Positions 51,450-64,000 of a DNA stretch of 64,000 nucleotides are shown here, in pieces. A model generated the notes under the pieces. It was not told where the DNA came from and did not search any database. It saw nothing but the letters and a program-made list of their open reading frames with translations. The stretch comes from Ginglymostoma cirratum. Lineage: Eukaryota. The position numbers and the translations under genes are program-made. The DNA lies in assembly GCA_024137785.1 (NCBI GenBank), contig JAHRHZ010000263.1:25957334-26021333 (forward strand), written 5' to 3'. Numbering within the stretch: position 1 is the stretch's first letter; every line of letters starts with the position of its first letter.

Positions 51450-51535
51450 TTCTGAAGAAGGTTCACTGGACTCAAAAATATTAGCTCTGCTTACTCTCCA
51501 CAGATACTGCCAAACAGCAATTTCTGTTCCTACAT
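51450..51535 (+). mobile_element. Decayed single-arm Penelope-derived fragment (F)
   Basis: TCTGAAGAAGGTTCACTGGACTCAAAA..CTCCACAGATACTGCCA is homologous to the arms of element D. Confidence 0.6.
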
Positions 51536-51914
51536 CTGTATTGATGGCTAAAAAAGTGGGGAATTCTCTGAGATTTGGGAATAAGTTGTTCATTTTCTGG
51601 ATATGGATGTCAGTATGGTAATCTAGCACTAGGCATTTAAGAAGATCTAGATATTTACATGGAAGAATAGTAGGGTTTGCTTCGGACTGAGTGAGGAAAG
51701 GCAGAATTGATTCATGTGGAGCAGAAATATTGGCAATTGAGTGAAATGGATTATATCTTTGCATGTTTACATGTAATTGTAGCTGCCGATCACAACATAC
51801 CACCTTTATAATGTCTACAATATTTAACGCTGGACGATACCATCAATCATCATTTTTCTTTTGCTGGCATTTATCTATATAATAAATGTAGTGAATTGAG
51901 CCATTCTTCATTTT

Positions 51915-52750
51915 ACTGTTTATTCATGAGATGTCAGCAACACTGTCCACCATTTATTGCCCATCCCTGACTATTTTGAGACAGTCATGGTGAACCGCAT
52001 ACTTGAATCACTGCAATTGGTATGGTGTAGGTACATTCACATGCTGTTAGGTAGGCAATTCCAGGATTCTGACCCAGTGACAATGTAGAACAGTGTGGCA
52101 GTTTATTACCAAGTCAGTAGGAACCATCATATACTCTTGCTGTCCTTGTTCTTCTATACGGTAGATATTGGAGGTTTGGAATGTACTAAGGGAGAAGCCT
52201 TGATGATTTGCTGCAATGCATGTATTACATTTTGCATACTGCTACCACAGTGCACCAGTGGTGCACAGCATTAATTTTCAATGTGATAGATAAAATACTA
52301 ATTGAGTAGGTTGTTTTGTCCTGGACACTGTTGAATTTTGTCAGACCTGTGCACATCCATGAATGTGAAGAATATTTCATGATATTCCTGACCTGTGCCT
52401 CTGGATGGTGGAGAAAATTTGGAAGTCAGGAGCTGAGTTCCTTCCCACAGAATAGCTAGTGTTACGTGGCTGGCCCAGTTAATTTTCTGGTCAAGAGCAA
52501 TTCCCAGCATTTTGATAGCTGAGGAATCGTAAATGATTTTGCTGTTGAATTTTATTGGTAGCATTGGTCATTTCCCGATGCATGATACCAGGTTCTGTCA
52601 AATGTTGCCTTGATATCAAGGACAGTCACTCACACCTCCATAGCATTCAACTCTTAGTTTGTGATTTGACTGAAGTTTTATAATAAGGTTTAGAACTGAG
52701 CAGTTCTGCCAGATTCCAAGCTGATTATTGATGAGCACGTTATTGGCGAA
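51915..52750 (-). mobile_element. Degraded CR1-clade LINE (second family)
   Basis: IKMLGIALDQKINWASHV and ALDIKATFDRTWY-like motifs; tail like that at 49730. Confidence 0.7.
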
Positions 52751-52849
52751 TTTTGTGGTATTTTCCCAGATGACCACTTCAGGCACCTTGTGGGATTTAC
52801 CACCCCTACCAATAAAACTAATCCTCATTTTCTTTGTTTAATATTGGGC

Positions 52850-54370
52850 CTATTTAATGCTTAATGGTAGAGGATACACCACCAACTACAAACAAGGAAC
52901 CATGCTTAGATAACAAGAAAGTTTATTGCATGATAGCACAATATGTTTGATCAGGCATAATTACTAGGACCATAGGAAGCTATGAGAGATACATTGGCTG
53001 GCCCTGAAGGCTAAATTAGAACTCCTTGGCTCTACCCACAGAGTGTGTGTGGTGTCATAGAATCCGTGGAGCCAATGTAACATGAACATTAAGTCTGTCA
53101 GACCAATTACCTTTCACGATATCTACCTCTAAGTACTTCCCCCTAGTTAACCCATGAAACAATCACACATATACTTATATTACATGTACCACCCAAGTCT
53201 CTACCTTTGCAAGTACAGGCAATGTGATGGTCTCGCACTTTTCTTAAAATGCAGTCTTCAGATTTAGAAAAATGGTAAGTTTCTTGCCTAAGGACTGTTT
53301 AGTCTGGTTCCATTCTGTGGATCTTTTCTCTGCTAGAGGATTTTCTATATTTTGATACCTTTTGCAGCGGACATTGTTCTTTGTAAATGTTGTTGTTGAT
53401 CATTACCATATCTGGAAGACACTTAATCTCCTGAATTTCATCATGAAGAACAGCATGTGTGTTGAAATAAATACTTTACTCCTTGTGGAGTCCTGGATTT
53501 CTCGATCAGGAAATTGCTTTCTACTTGGAACAGATAGCTTCTTTTTGCAATAATCTGGATGCAGAGAGCAGGAAATTTCTCCTCTTTTGACCATGTCCCG
53601 GATCTGTGGATGTTGGTCTGGTTCCACTGAGTCATGCAACTTAATTCCCTTAGTTAGGTGATCAGGCTGGCCATCTTCAGTTGCCTATTGTGGTAGTTGA
53701 CTGGTGAAGTAAACATTTTCAGACTCTCAGCCATGTTAGCGAGGGACTGCTGCACATTCAACATTATCTCTATTCCTGGTATATACTGTTCTGTTTTAGA
53801 AGACAGAAGGTTGAACATTTCCACCAGTCCTGTAAAGTCAAAGTTTTCAAATGAGCTGGGAAAACTGACAATTTTTGTTGGTCCTAGCATTTTTTGGACA
53901 AGTTATTTGGGTAATGTTCTGGAGATTAATTCCTGAAAACGTTAGGATAACTAACAATCCCAAAGTTTAGCTGAAAAGCAATAGAGCAGAATTGATTTAC
54001 CAACACGCTGCGATGAATCAAATAACTAATTTAAGTATTAAACAAGTGCGGAAAACAAGAACTAAAAGGAAACAAAGTAGATGGCACAAGAGACAACCAG
54101 TGCTGCCACCCATATCTGCCCCAGTGTGAATTAGTGCTTGGAGCCGGAAAGTAGCAATAACATGAAAAGAAGGTGGAACATTCTGTGCATGGCACGTGGA
54201 GATGTCAGCAGCACATGTGCAGATGAATCTTAGCATGAAGTCTGTCGCAGTTAGCTGATGCCATTTGCCTTTCTGAAAATGTGCCGGGGTCAGTGTCCAT
54301 TTTATTGACCATTTTGGCACGCAAAGTAGTTACTCTGCTTTGAAAATGGTTATTACTTATTCTTACTGGC
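52850..54370 (-). mobile_element. Highly degraded Gypsy-like pol remnant
   Basis: Protease-like DPG(T) segment near 54290 and scattered pol-like peptides; polypyrimidine CTTCCCCCT at ~53136 may be a PPT complement. Weak. Confidence 0.35.
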
Positions 54371-54699
54371 TGTGAGAAATTTCTTTTACAGTATTGCTGT
54401 CAAGTACACATCTGCTTATTCAAAACAATAATTCTACAAATAAAATTCACAATCTTAAGCAAGAGATTTATATTCCCTACATGCAACTTCTGCCAAATTC
54501 AGGGGAATTGGGATGTAGAGTCACTGCTTGGAGCGGATATTAAACCTGGAGCTTCCTCCCTGTGCATAATCTTAAAGGTAGATCCAAAATTTTGTTCAAT
54601 GTCAAGTCCATGTTGCCAGTGTCAAGTTAAGTCCATGTAACTTCCCAATTTCATTATAATACATCCAGACTTCAATGCTTAGGAAGCACTGACTTGCAT

Positions 54700-57185
54700 T
54701 GCAGAGCTCACAGCATCTAAGGTTGAAAGGCAGCAGCAGGGACACATTGCATACAGAATCGCACCCAGATCATGTAATGGACTAGGCTGCATCTTGATGC
54801 CGTTCACTTGCTCTCTTAGCACTCATTCACTTAGTGCTTACCCCTTACCAGCATGCATCCATCCCTTGACTTTCTCGCCATGCCATGTCTGTTAGCACAT
54901 TGGTGCTTCAGACAGAGCCAAAGAATATCTGTCTCTGATGTGCTCATTTACACAGACAGGCTGCTTGTCATACTTAGAAGTTGGAATTTGTCTGGAGGTA
55001 GGGAGGAGGGATATCTTGATTTATGGCACACCAAGCCATCAGTTTAACACCTACAGCATGTGCCAGCTGCCTGCATAGCCAATATACTGTACGTGTATTT
55101 ACCCAAATGACCGTAATGAACGCTTGGTTGGGGAATGGTCCTCAGACCAGTCGAGGCAGGGGACAGCTGCCAGTTAGGGGGTCCAGATACACCCCCAGGG
55201 TCACGGTCCACACACAGTTCAGAGGCTTGGTCATGATCCATCATCAGCTTGGGTTGCTCCCCATCAGGGGATCTGTCCAATAGCAGTCCATGGAATGGGC
55301 AAAGTCCATCTTGTACAGTCTGCACCAGCAGTCAGGGGAATTGCATATCATTGGTCAGCGAGCTGCAACAACAGCAGTTAGGGTCAGATCAGTCATGTCT
55401 AGGGGCCGTTTGCTGAAGTCAGTTATAAATCTGGGGCAAAGATAGTCCTGGTTTCTGTCTGCCAATCATTCAGGAGAATGCCAGGTCCTGTACAGCCGGC
55501 AGGGGATTCGCTGCCAGAAGGTATGAGTGAATCCAGAGTGGGGGAGGGGGAGAACAGAGGTATTTGTGAAGGTGGGAACAAGGATGGTGATGGGGTAATC
55601 TCAAGGTAAATGGGTGGGGGGGGGGGCGCGGTTGGCGGTATGCGTAACAGCAACATACAGCATGATATGCAATAGGAGAGAAGTTATTGACACTGATGAA
55701 TACAATGGCCTCCACAGGAGGAATGGGCAGACATCATTAAGGTGTAATGTCAGGCAGGGGGGAGGAATGTTGGAGGTGAAATTTGATGTGATGGGTAAGG
55801 GTGTGGCACATGAAGCATGGGTTTGCAAACTCCAGCTACATTTTATTTGTAAACATTTCTTCGCACATATGCAACGCATGCAAAATGAGCGTGCTTATGC
55901 GTCAAATGACGATCAAACAGGGATTGCATCATGCCATTGATACTGCACAAAGTAACATTTTCATCTTATTAATGCAGAAATTATAATTAAATAATAACTT
56001 AAAAGGATGGGAATGCTGCCTAAAAGCATCCCGTCACTTATGGAACTTCTAAGCATGGGGAATATTGCTACATCATGTGTTATGTAATATGATGATGGAC
56101 TCTAATGAATGCAAACGGAAAGTGGAATAGTTGATGTGGATCTGGAATGTAAAGGGCTTCAGAATACAGAAGGCACTCCCTTTGGAGGTAGTATGTTGGT
56201 CCCCCAGCCAGTGCAGCACCTTCATCAAGTTAGCGCACGTGCTGCAACCTAGGCCTGGTGGAGCAGACAATAAGGCTGTCAAAGATCTGGTTCCGCAGCT
56301 TGGAATGGTCTGGGAGATCCTGTGGTATAGTCTTGGTAGAGTGGGCTATTACCACTATGGTGCTGTGCTCTGCACAACTGGAGCAGGCAACAAGGCAATC
56401 TAAGGAGCTGAGGCAATGAGAGCAGTCATTTGAGGAGAAGGATGAGGACATTGAGTTCGAGGAACCTTTCCTTGTGCATGACAGAACTCAGCTGTATTGG
56501 ATGCTATAAGGCAGACAGGACCTAATTGACACCCAGTTCCAATAGATGCTGGATGTAGAATACTATCACGGACTATCAAGGTCCAAATGCCAGCAAATGG
56601 TTTGCATCATGGATGCAAACTGCAGCCGACATTGATTTATTTTGCATTCACTTTTGCTTGCTGTCAATAAATGTTCATGTTTGTACTCGAGCAAATGTTT
56701 GCCTGTACATGATGATCCTTTAATGGTCATTGACAATATGTGGATGATCACTGAGCGTTTGTGAACAAGTAGTGAGAGCAAAAAAAAAGGTACATGTCCA
56801 GGTAAAGTGTGTAGCCTGTTAGCTAAAGAGGAGAGAATGGGATTGCATGTACAAGCAAATTTCAGCCATGGGGACTGTGACTTTGTGGCTTCTGTGCCAT
56901 TAAGCTGCCAATTAGGGTAACATCAGATTGTCAATACTTTTCCGGGTGCACAGTGGCCTCTCAAAAACAATGTGGGCACAAGAGATGCCGACCTTTTGGT
57001 GGCTATCTGATAAAAGGTGAGTTGTTCTGAGAATGGCAAATGATAAGATGGGGCTAGAATTGTAAGTGAGAGACAGTTCAGTATTTAAGAGGGGAATTGG
57101 CAAGATATGACAGGAAATTTCATTAGGCATCATAGCAAAAGTCTCTCCAAAAATCTCGACACAACATGCACAGCCAAAGAAAACT
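54700..57185 (+). mobile_element. Harbinger/PIF DNA transposon fossil H4 (same family as H3, opposite orientation)
   Basis: WFRSL....EILWYSLGRVGYY....LCTT (56290-56380) resembles the transposase C-terminus (RFRCL..GG.LQYSP.RV...I.ACC.LHN); terminus 57040-57185 is homologous to 32905-33025. Confidence 0.65.
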
Positions 57186-57404
57186 TAAGTTCAGAAAGTT
57201 TAAGTTTCAATCCATTTAATGACCATTTATGTCGACCAGGCACAGAATTTTGAAGAATCTGCAATTGAAAAGTCTATTTTTATTTTTGGCACAACGTACG
57301 CCAAAGACTAATTCAAAGCAACAGAACACATAGAGCTGGTTTCAGTATGTATACTTTGTTTTAAACTCCAAAAACTGAACCAAAATATAATGTCATTGAT
57401 TTTT

Positions 57405-58465
57405 TTTTGAGGTTGTACAGGACGTTGGTGAGGCCTCTTCTGGAGTATTGTGTGCAGTTCTGTTGCCCTGCCATAGGAAGACTATTATTAAATTGGAGAG
57501 AGTTCAGAAAAGATTTACCAGGATGTTGCTGGGAAAGGAGGGTTTGAGTTATAAAAATAGGCTGGATAGGCTGGGACTTTTTTTCACTGGAGCATATGAG
57601 GTGAGGGGTGACCTTATAGACATTTATAAAATCTTGAGGGATATAGACAAGGTGAATAGCAAGCGACTTTTCTCCACTGTAGAGAGTTCAAAAGTAGGGG
57701 TCATGTTTTAAGGTGAGAGGCGAAAGTTTTAAAAAGGACATGAGGGGCAACTTTTTTTACACAGAGAGTGATTCATGTATAGAATGAACTGCCAGAGAAA
57801 GTAGTGGATGCAGGTACAGTTAAACATTTAAAAGACATTTGGATAAGTTCATTAAAAGCAAAGGTTTGGAGGGATGTGGATCAAATGCAGGCAAGTGGGA
57901 TTGGCTTAGTTTGGAAACATGGTTGGCACGGACCAGTTGTAACGTCTGGGTAATCCAAGATGGAGGATGGGAAAAAATTGTTGTAAGAGCTGCTCCTTTT
58001 TTGAGGCATTTTCAGTGTTGCAGCTGATTTCCTCGAAATCTAGGAGCAGTAATTGCTATTTTATAAGCTGTTGCATTGGTTTGGAACTTTGGGAAAGGAA
58101 AAGATCAAAACAACGGCACTTTAAAAAGGAGGAAGGCAGACAAAGGCAGTGACCATATGGGAAGTGAATCAAACTGAGAAATCAACCTGCACTGCTGTCT
58201 GACCTAGTAGTGAATCTGCACAGCTGACTCTTCTGCTGTTTGATTTCAAGTATCTCTGGACATTGGTGTCATCTAAGAAAAACTACCAAACAGTGAAACA
58301 AGATTTAATAGGCATTTGGATGGGTATATGAATAGGAAGGGTTTAGAGGGATATCAGCCAAATGCTGGCAAATGGGACTAGATTTATTTAGGAAATCTGA
58401 TTGGCATGGATGAGTTGGACCAAAGGGCCTGTTTCTGTACTGTACATATCTTTGACTCTTGTGAC
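57405..58465 (+). mobile_element. CR1 3' fragments (57405-57937 and 58305-58465) flanking an unclassified insert
   Basis: IIKLERVQKRFTRMLLGKEGLSYKNRLDRLGLF..RGDLIDIYKILR; CR1 tails. Confidence 0.85.
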
Positions 58466-60779
58466 TGAAAATCAGATCATAAAGCAAAGAGGCCTTTCAA
58501 ACAGGCACCTTTAGAAGATTCTCATATTTGATAATTGGGTGTTGTGAGGTTTATGGGTAGTCAAAGAAACAAAGGACACTTGAGCACACTGTGAGGACAA
58601 GTGCAACCAAAACTGCATGATGCCCAAAATTGTATGATTTTTTTCAAGCCACGTTCTTGTCTCCATCTAGGTTACACATTGTACAAGGTGCAGATACAGA
58701 GAAAGCTCCAAGCCATTGTTTCAGTCATGCACCAACTGCAGATTATTGTTATAAAACACCAAAGTACAGGGCAGCCATGTGAATCTTTAATTTTTGGTAA
58801 GCCCTACTTCTTAACAAAATACAGTGCAATCACATTGAGTCAAAATTGAATAACCCAAATCTTCTGTTGTGGTGAAATTGGCAGCCATTCCTGCTGCCAG
58901 AATAAGAAATCCAACAGAAGGATGCCCATCACAACTTAAAGTTCTGGACTGGTAACTCTGAAAAGTGGAACTTATGCTAGCTTGTCATGTGACCACATCA
59001 ATGAATCAGAACAGAGTTAGGCCACCTTACGACACAAAATGCGGGTCTGGCAAAACATGAAGCCTGAAGAAGAATCGGGGGACCTGGCAGAGCTGCTCAA
59101 TTTTTACAGCAATTCGGCTTTTGATTCAACATTGAGATCTCTCTTTCAAGCCTTGCAAGTATGGCTAAAGAGGTTGAGGACCCTGAAGAGTCCAATAAAC
59201 CACATACCTGTTTCTCTAGCTGATGCCGCAGAGGCCGTAGAGATGCTCCTGGATTGTAGGTAAAACTAGGTTGCTTTGAAGCCTTGTCGCCTAACTCAAA
59301 GCTCTACGCTGCACGAATCTGAGAAGGCCTCCTGTATGATTTGATCTATTGTGATATTACTGTAGTAGTTGATAACCTGATAACATTGTGAAAAACTAAT
59401 TTTTCAATTTCCAAATCTTTTAAATATTTGTTATACATTCTATTTTCTAAGTGTATGTACATTTGTAGGTTATTTGATGAACTGTTAAAGGAGTTTCACA
59501 AATAGTATGCTGGCAAGAGTTAAGTTTCTCAAACTGTTGGAAAAAATCGTTAAGGTTGTGCAAAGGATTGTTGAAATGTTTTGCAGAATGTTTAATATAA
59601 CAAAGGAGTGTTTACACTGCAAAGATAGTTGCTTTCAATTTGAAGAGAAAATCATTATATGTACTGATCTTTATCTTCAGTAGTCAGCATTGAAAATGTC
59701 TCCACTCAAGAAATTCAATGAGCCAATTTTTGGTGTGGCAGGGCATCTATGTTAAAACCTAGCCCTCAAGCCTACAGTTCATTTTTTTTCAAAACAGATG
59801 AAATTGTTGGAAGTGGGAGCTGTTAAAAGCAGAGGAAATCAAGACACCTGGGACATCAGTTATCAGTGAAACAGATAACTTCCTCAGCAATGACAATTAA
59901 GAATTGGAAAATAAAGTGGAAGGACTGAGGAGGGAAAAGTAATGAGGTGAATTCAATGTCAAATCAGATACAAGAAGTTATGTAAAGAGAAAGAAAGATT
60001 GGAAGAGAGAGAAGACAAAGGAAAAAGACAATCTTGTTAACCCAAGTGTAAAATTTGACATTTTTAAATTATTAAAATCATGTGAAGGAATGAGACCACG
60101 CACTTCAAATTTCAGTGCAAGAAATGTGGATTGCAGTCACATTGTTAGCACTTGGAATTACGAGCGAGCCAGAAAAATCTGCCGTAGGTTTAATTTCTAT
60201 TTACCATGCAAATACAGCAATTTCGCAACATTGAAGGAAGCAAACAGCAAAATGCAGTTTTTGTGCTGCTAATGTGGCACAACGGTACAGCTCGCATAGA
60301 AACTTTTGGATCTTTGCGTTTAACTGTTCATCTGCCTCTCCCCTAAGATTATACACATTTAACGTACAAATAACAACGGTCAGCATGTTTGTGTTTTAAT
60401 GTCAAAATCTACAGAATTTAAGGTGGCTTGCATGCTATCATTTCATAAGTGCAATAGCTGGAAATAGCTTCTGAATTCTGAGGCATTGTATCCAGGCAGA
60501 TTTGATGCTGTCGCTGCATGCTTTATGTGACTGTAGTAAGTGCTGTAATTAAATTGATGTGGGACCACTACAACCATTTATTAATATGAGACAAGATGTC
60601 ACTATTTCTTTAAAATGAATTATATTGTATGGGAATTAAAGAAGTAACATTTATCCTACCTGCCTAGAAAATATTTTTTGATCTTGATTGCATCCAATGA
60701 TAGCATGTATTTAAACTGCTGATAGTGTGTTTGAATAATCAGAAAATATTTACCACAAGGCGAAATAACAACAAAAAAG

Positions 60780-61595
<816 letters not shown>

Positions 61596-62589
61596 TAAAC
61601 ACCGATCATAACGTTTTCTTTAGACACAGTGCTTTTTGTGGATAATGATTTTGGTTTATATATGTATTTTGTTGAATTGTCATTTTTTTGTTTCCAGTTA
61701 TCTCTTAAAATCAAAATATCATAGATGCAATTATTTCTCATTACGTGTGGAGGAATTAAGCGAGGTCTGTTTTGGTTGAATTCCCTTATCAATCTGCTTT
61801 AAGGCCTGCACTTGCATTGCAATCCGGAGTAGCATTTCCTGCCTTTATTTGTGTTTAGTCTTCATAATGGGAAAAAAGTCCCTGCATTTAAAGCACAACA
61901 GTAGGGTGGGATGACTCCGTGCTGATTGTTTTTATAATTACTTCTTAGAATTGTTCCGTTCTATAGGCAACATTTTTATGTGTATTTGTTAACCATTTAT
62001 TTGACTACAAATGACAGGTGGCGGAGCCTTTAATTTCATTTGGCTGTGATGGATTTTTGACATGAAAATAAAAGATTTAGATGGAATTACGTTATGCATT
62101 TTAGGGTTTCTGCAAGGATTTTATTTTGAAGTTGTTTATTTTGAACATAGAAATTAATTCTAAAACATTGTCATGTATAATGCCTGGTTCTAATATTTCA
62201 TTGGTTCAGAAAAAAGCAAAATAAAGGAATGAGAAGGTTTCAGATAGGGTACACACAATTCGTGACAGATTAATCAGGTAATGATAGACTGCTGCATAAT
62301 GTATTAAACAAAAATAGTAATGAAATATGTGAATTTAAGAATTAACATGAGTAATTAGTAATCTGTGTCATACATTCTGTCTCTGCACTCTGGCTTTAGA
62401 ATTGTTCGCTTTTTGTCAGACCTCTTTCATGTTTTTGCCCTTCAAAATATTTTAGTATGTTGCCCAATTGAGAGCTACTGTGATAATATTTTAGAGTGAT
62501 CTAAACTGATGCTATAAAAAATCAGTACAGTCCAGGGTATTGACGCTATCTGCAGTACCTGTAACTATGTTAGGTCTTTGTATAAAATC

Positions 62590-63120
62590 TTTCACTTTTT
62601 TATATTGGACATTGTGCCCTCCATAAGCTTGAGTTCATCCAAAACTCTACTCATGTCTCAACTTGCAGCAAAGCCTGTTCCCCTCTCACCCGAGTGCTCA
62701 CTGACCAAAATTAGCTGCCAGTGAAGTAATGACTTTTAAAATTGTCTGCCTTATTTTTCAGCTCGCTCTGTAGCTTTGTTCTTTTAATCCATGTAACCTC
62801 CCCCAACCTTGCTAATCATCTGACATTCAATATCCCCTAATTCTCACAACTTGTGCATTTCCAATCATAATTGTTCCACCATTGTTAGGCTAGGCCCCAA
62901 TCTTTGGAATTCTACCCCCCCCCCCCCCCCCCAATCCAGTTCATCTCACTGTTGCCCTACCTTGCTTTTTTCCTTTAAAACACTTCTTAAAACCAACATT
63001 AAAACTTCTGACCTAATAGTGCCGTGTGAGGCTTGGTGCCGTCCTTTGTTTTACAGTGTTGTTATGAAACTCCATAGCACATTTCATTGTGTTAAAGTCA
63101 CGATATAAATATAAAGTCTT
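62590..63120 (+). mobile_element. L2 LINE 3' fragment
   Basis: CATCCAAAACTCT..CTCACCCGAGTGCTCACTGACC (ITPVL..LHWLP-like), GGCCCCAATCTTTGGAATTC (P.LWNS), FKTLLKT, tail GTGTTAAAGTCACGATATAAAT. Confidence 0.65.
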
Positions 63121-64000
63121 TCGTGTAAACTGCATTTACAACACTGACCAGCTTTGATTTTAAGTCCATTGTGAACTGTCGTTGATATAATTCATAGCCA
63201 TTAAACAATAACATAACAATCAAAAGGTCTGCTAACATTTCAAATTTCAAATTTACAAATTTACCTTTGCAGTCCACTCCTTTTTATTCATGTTGTAGTT
63301 TGATTTTTCTTGAGCAGAGGAAATGATGACTATTTAATTTACATTGAATCAGATTATACAACACAAAAATGGTTATTCATCCAAACAGTCCATATTGGAG
63401 TTTATACTTTTCTGGATCCTTCTTCTCTTCTTTTAATCTGACTTTTAGCAACATAACCTGTTCCCTTCTCTGTCATGAGTTTACCCAGCCCTATTTATAC
63501 TATTTTCTATAGCCATTCACAATGGTAGCGTATTCCATGTTTTTGCCACCTTGTAGGTAAAAATGTTACGTCTGCTTCCATGTTTGATTTCTTGGCGACT
63601 ATCGTAGATTGATGGCTTCTAGTTCACCCATTCCCACAAGTGGAAACACTTTTTTGTTTCTTTTTCTCTGTACCCTTCCGAAACATTTCAGGGCATCAGT
63701 TGGAGACATCTGAAGGACACCACTGGCAGCAGCCTACAAGTCTGTGTTCCAATTCACTGATGTCATGTACTTCAGGGGCATTTAATTTGAACACTTTTTG
63801 ACGCTATTCAGACATGGAGAGCTCTTGCCTTTGTTGCAGTGGCTGGATTTCCATAAGTACAGGGGATCATTGATTGCTCCTTGTGTTCATTCAAGGTGCC
63901 ATCAGATAACTCTGCTCTGTTTATCAACCAAAAGGGAATTCCACGCAGTGTACGGATCATTTGCTGCTACCTTAAGTGTGCTGCGTATGTGTGTATTTTC

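Noticed and set aside
59700-60390. Segment that looks like a dispersed non-autonomous DNA element (similar impression at 37770-38085 and 45855-46280)
   Set aside because: I could not define TIRs or TSDs from the sequence, so it is not reported as a feature.

Overview
Vertebrate genomic DNA, very likely a cartilaginous fish (shark), inferred from the repeat content: HE1 V-SINE, SacSINE1-like DeuSINE, and shark-type CR1, Penelope and Harbinger families. Most of the window is decayed, nested transposable elements. The one confidently identified gene feature is the first coding exon of FRY (furry; [23 protein letters not shown], 61521-61590, +), with a CpG-enriched promoter/5' region. A second non-repetitive exon-like ORF about 25 kb upstream (36698-36902, +) ends in a donor of the same phase and is a candidate alternative FRY N-terminus. 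The repeats include a Mag-like Gypsy, a two-LTR Gmr1-type Gypsy (PR-INT-RT-RH order, tRNA-Pro PBS) with a related solo LTR, four Harbinger fossils, Rex1/Babar, CR1 and L2 LINE pieces, a Tc1/mariner MITE and several SINEs. Seven short Penelope-derived insertions, several hairpin-shaped with TSDs, carry minimal hammerhead-ribozyme motifs. There is a 400-N gap at 42509-42908. All calls were made by eye; repeat boundaries are approximate unless TSDs are quoted.
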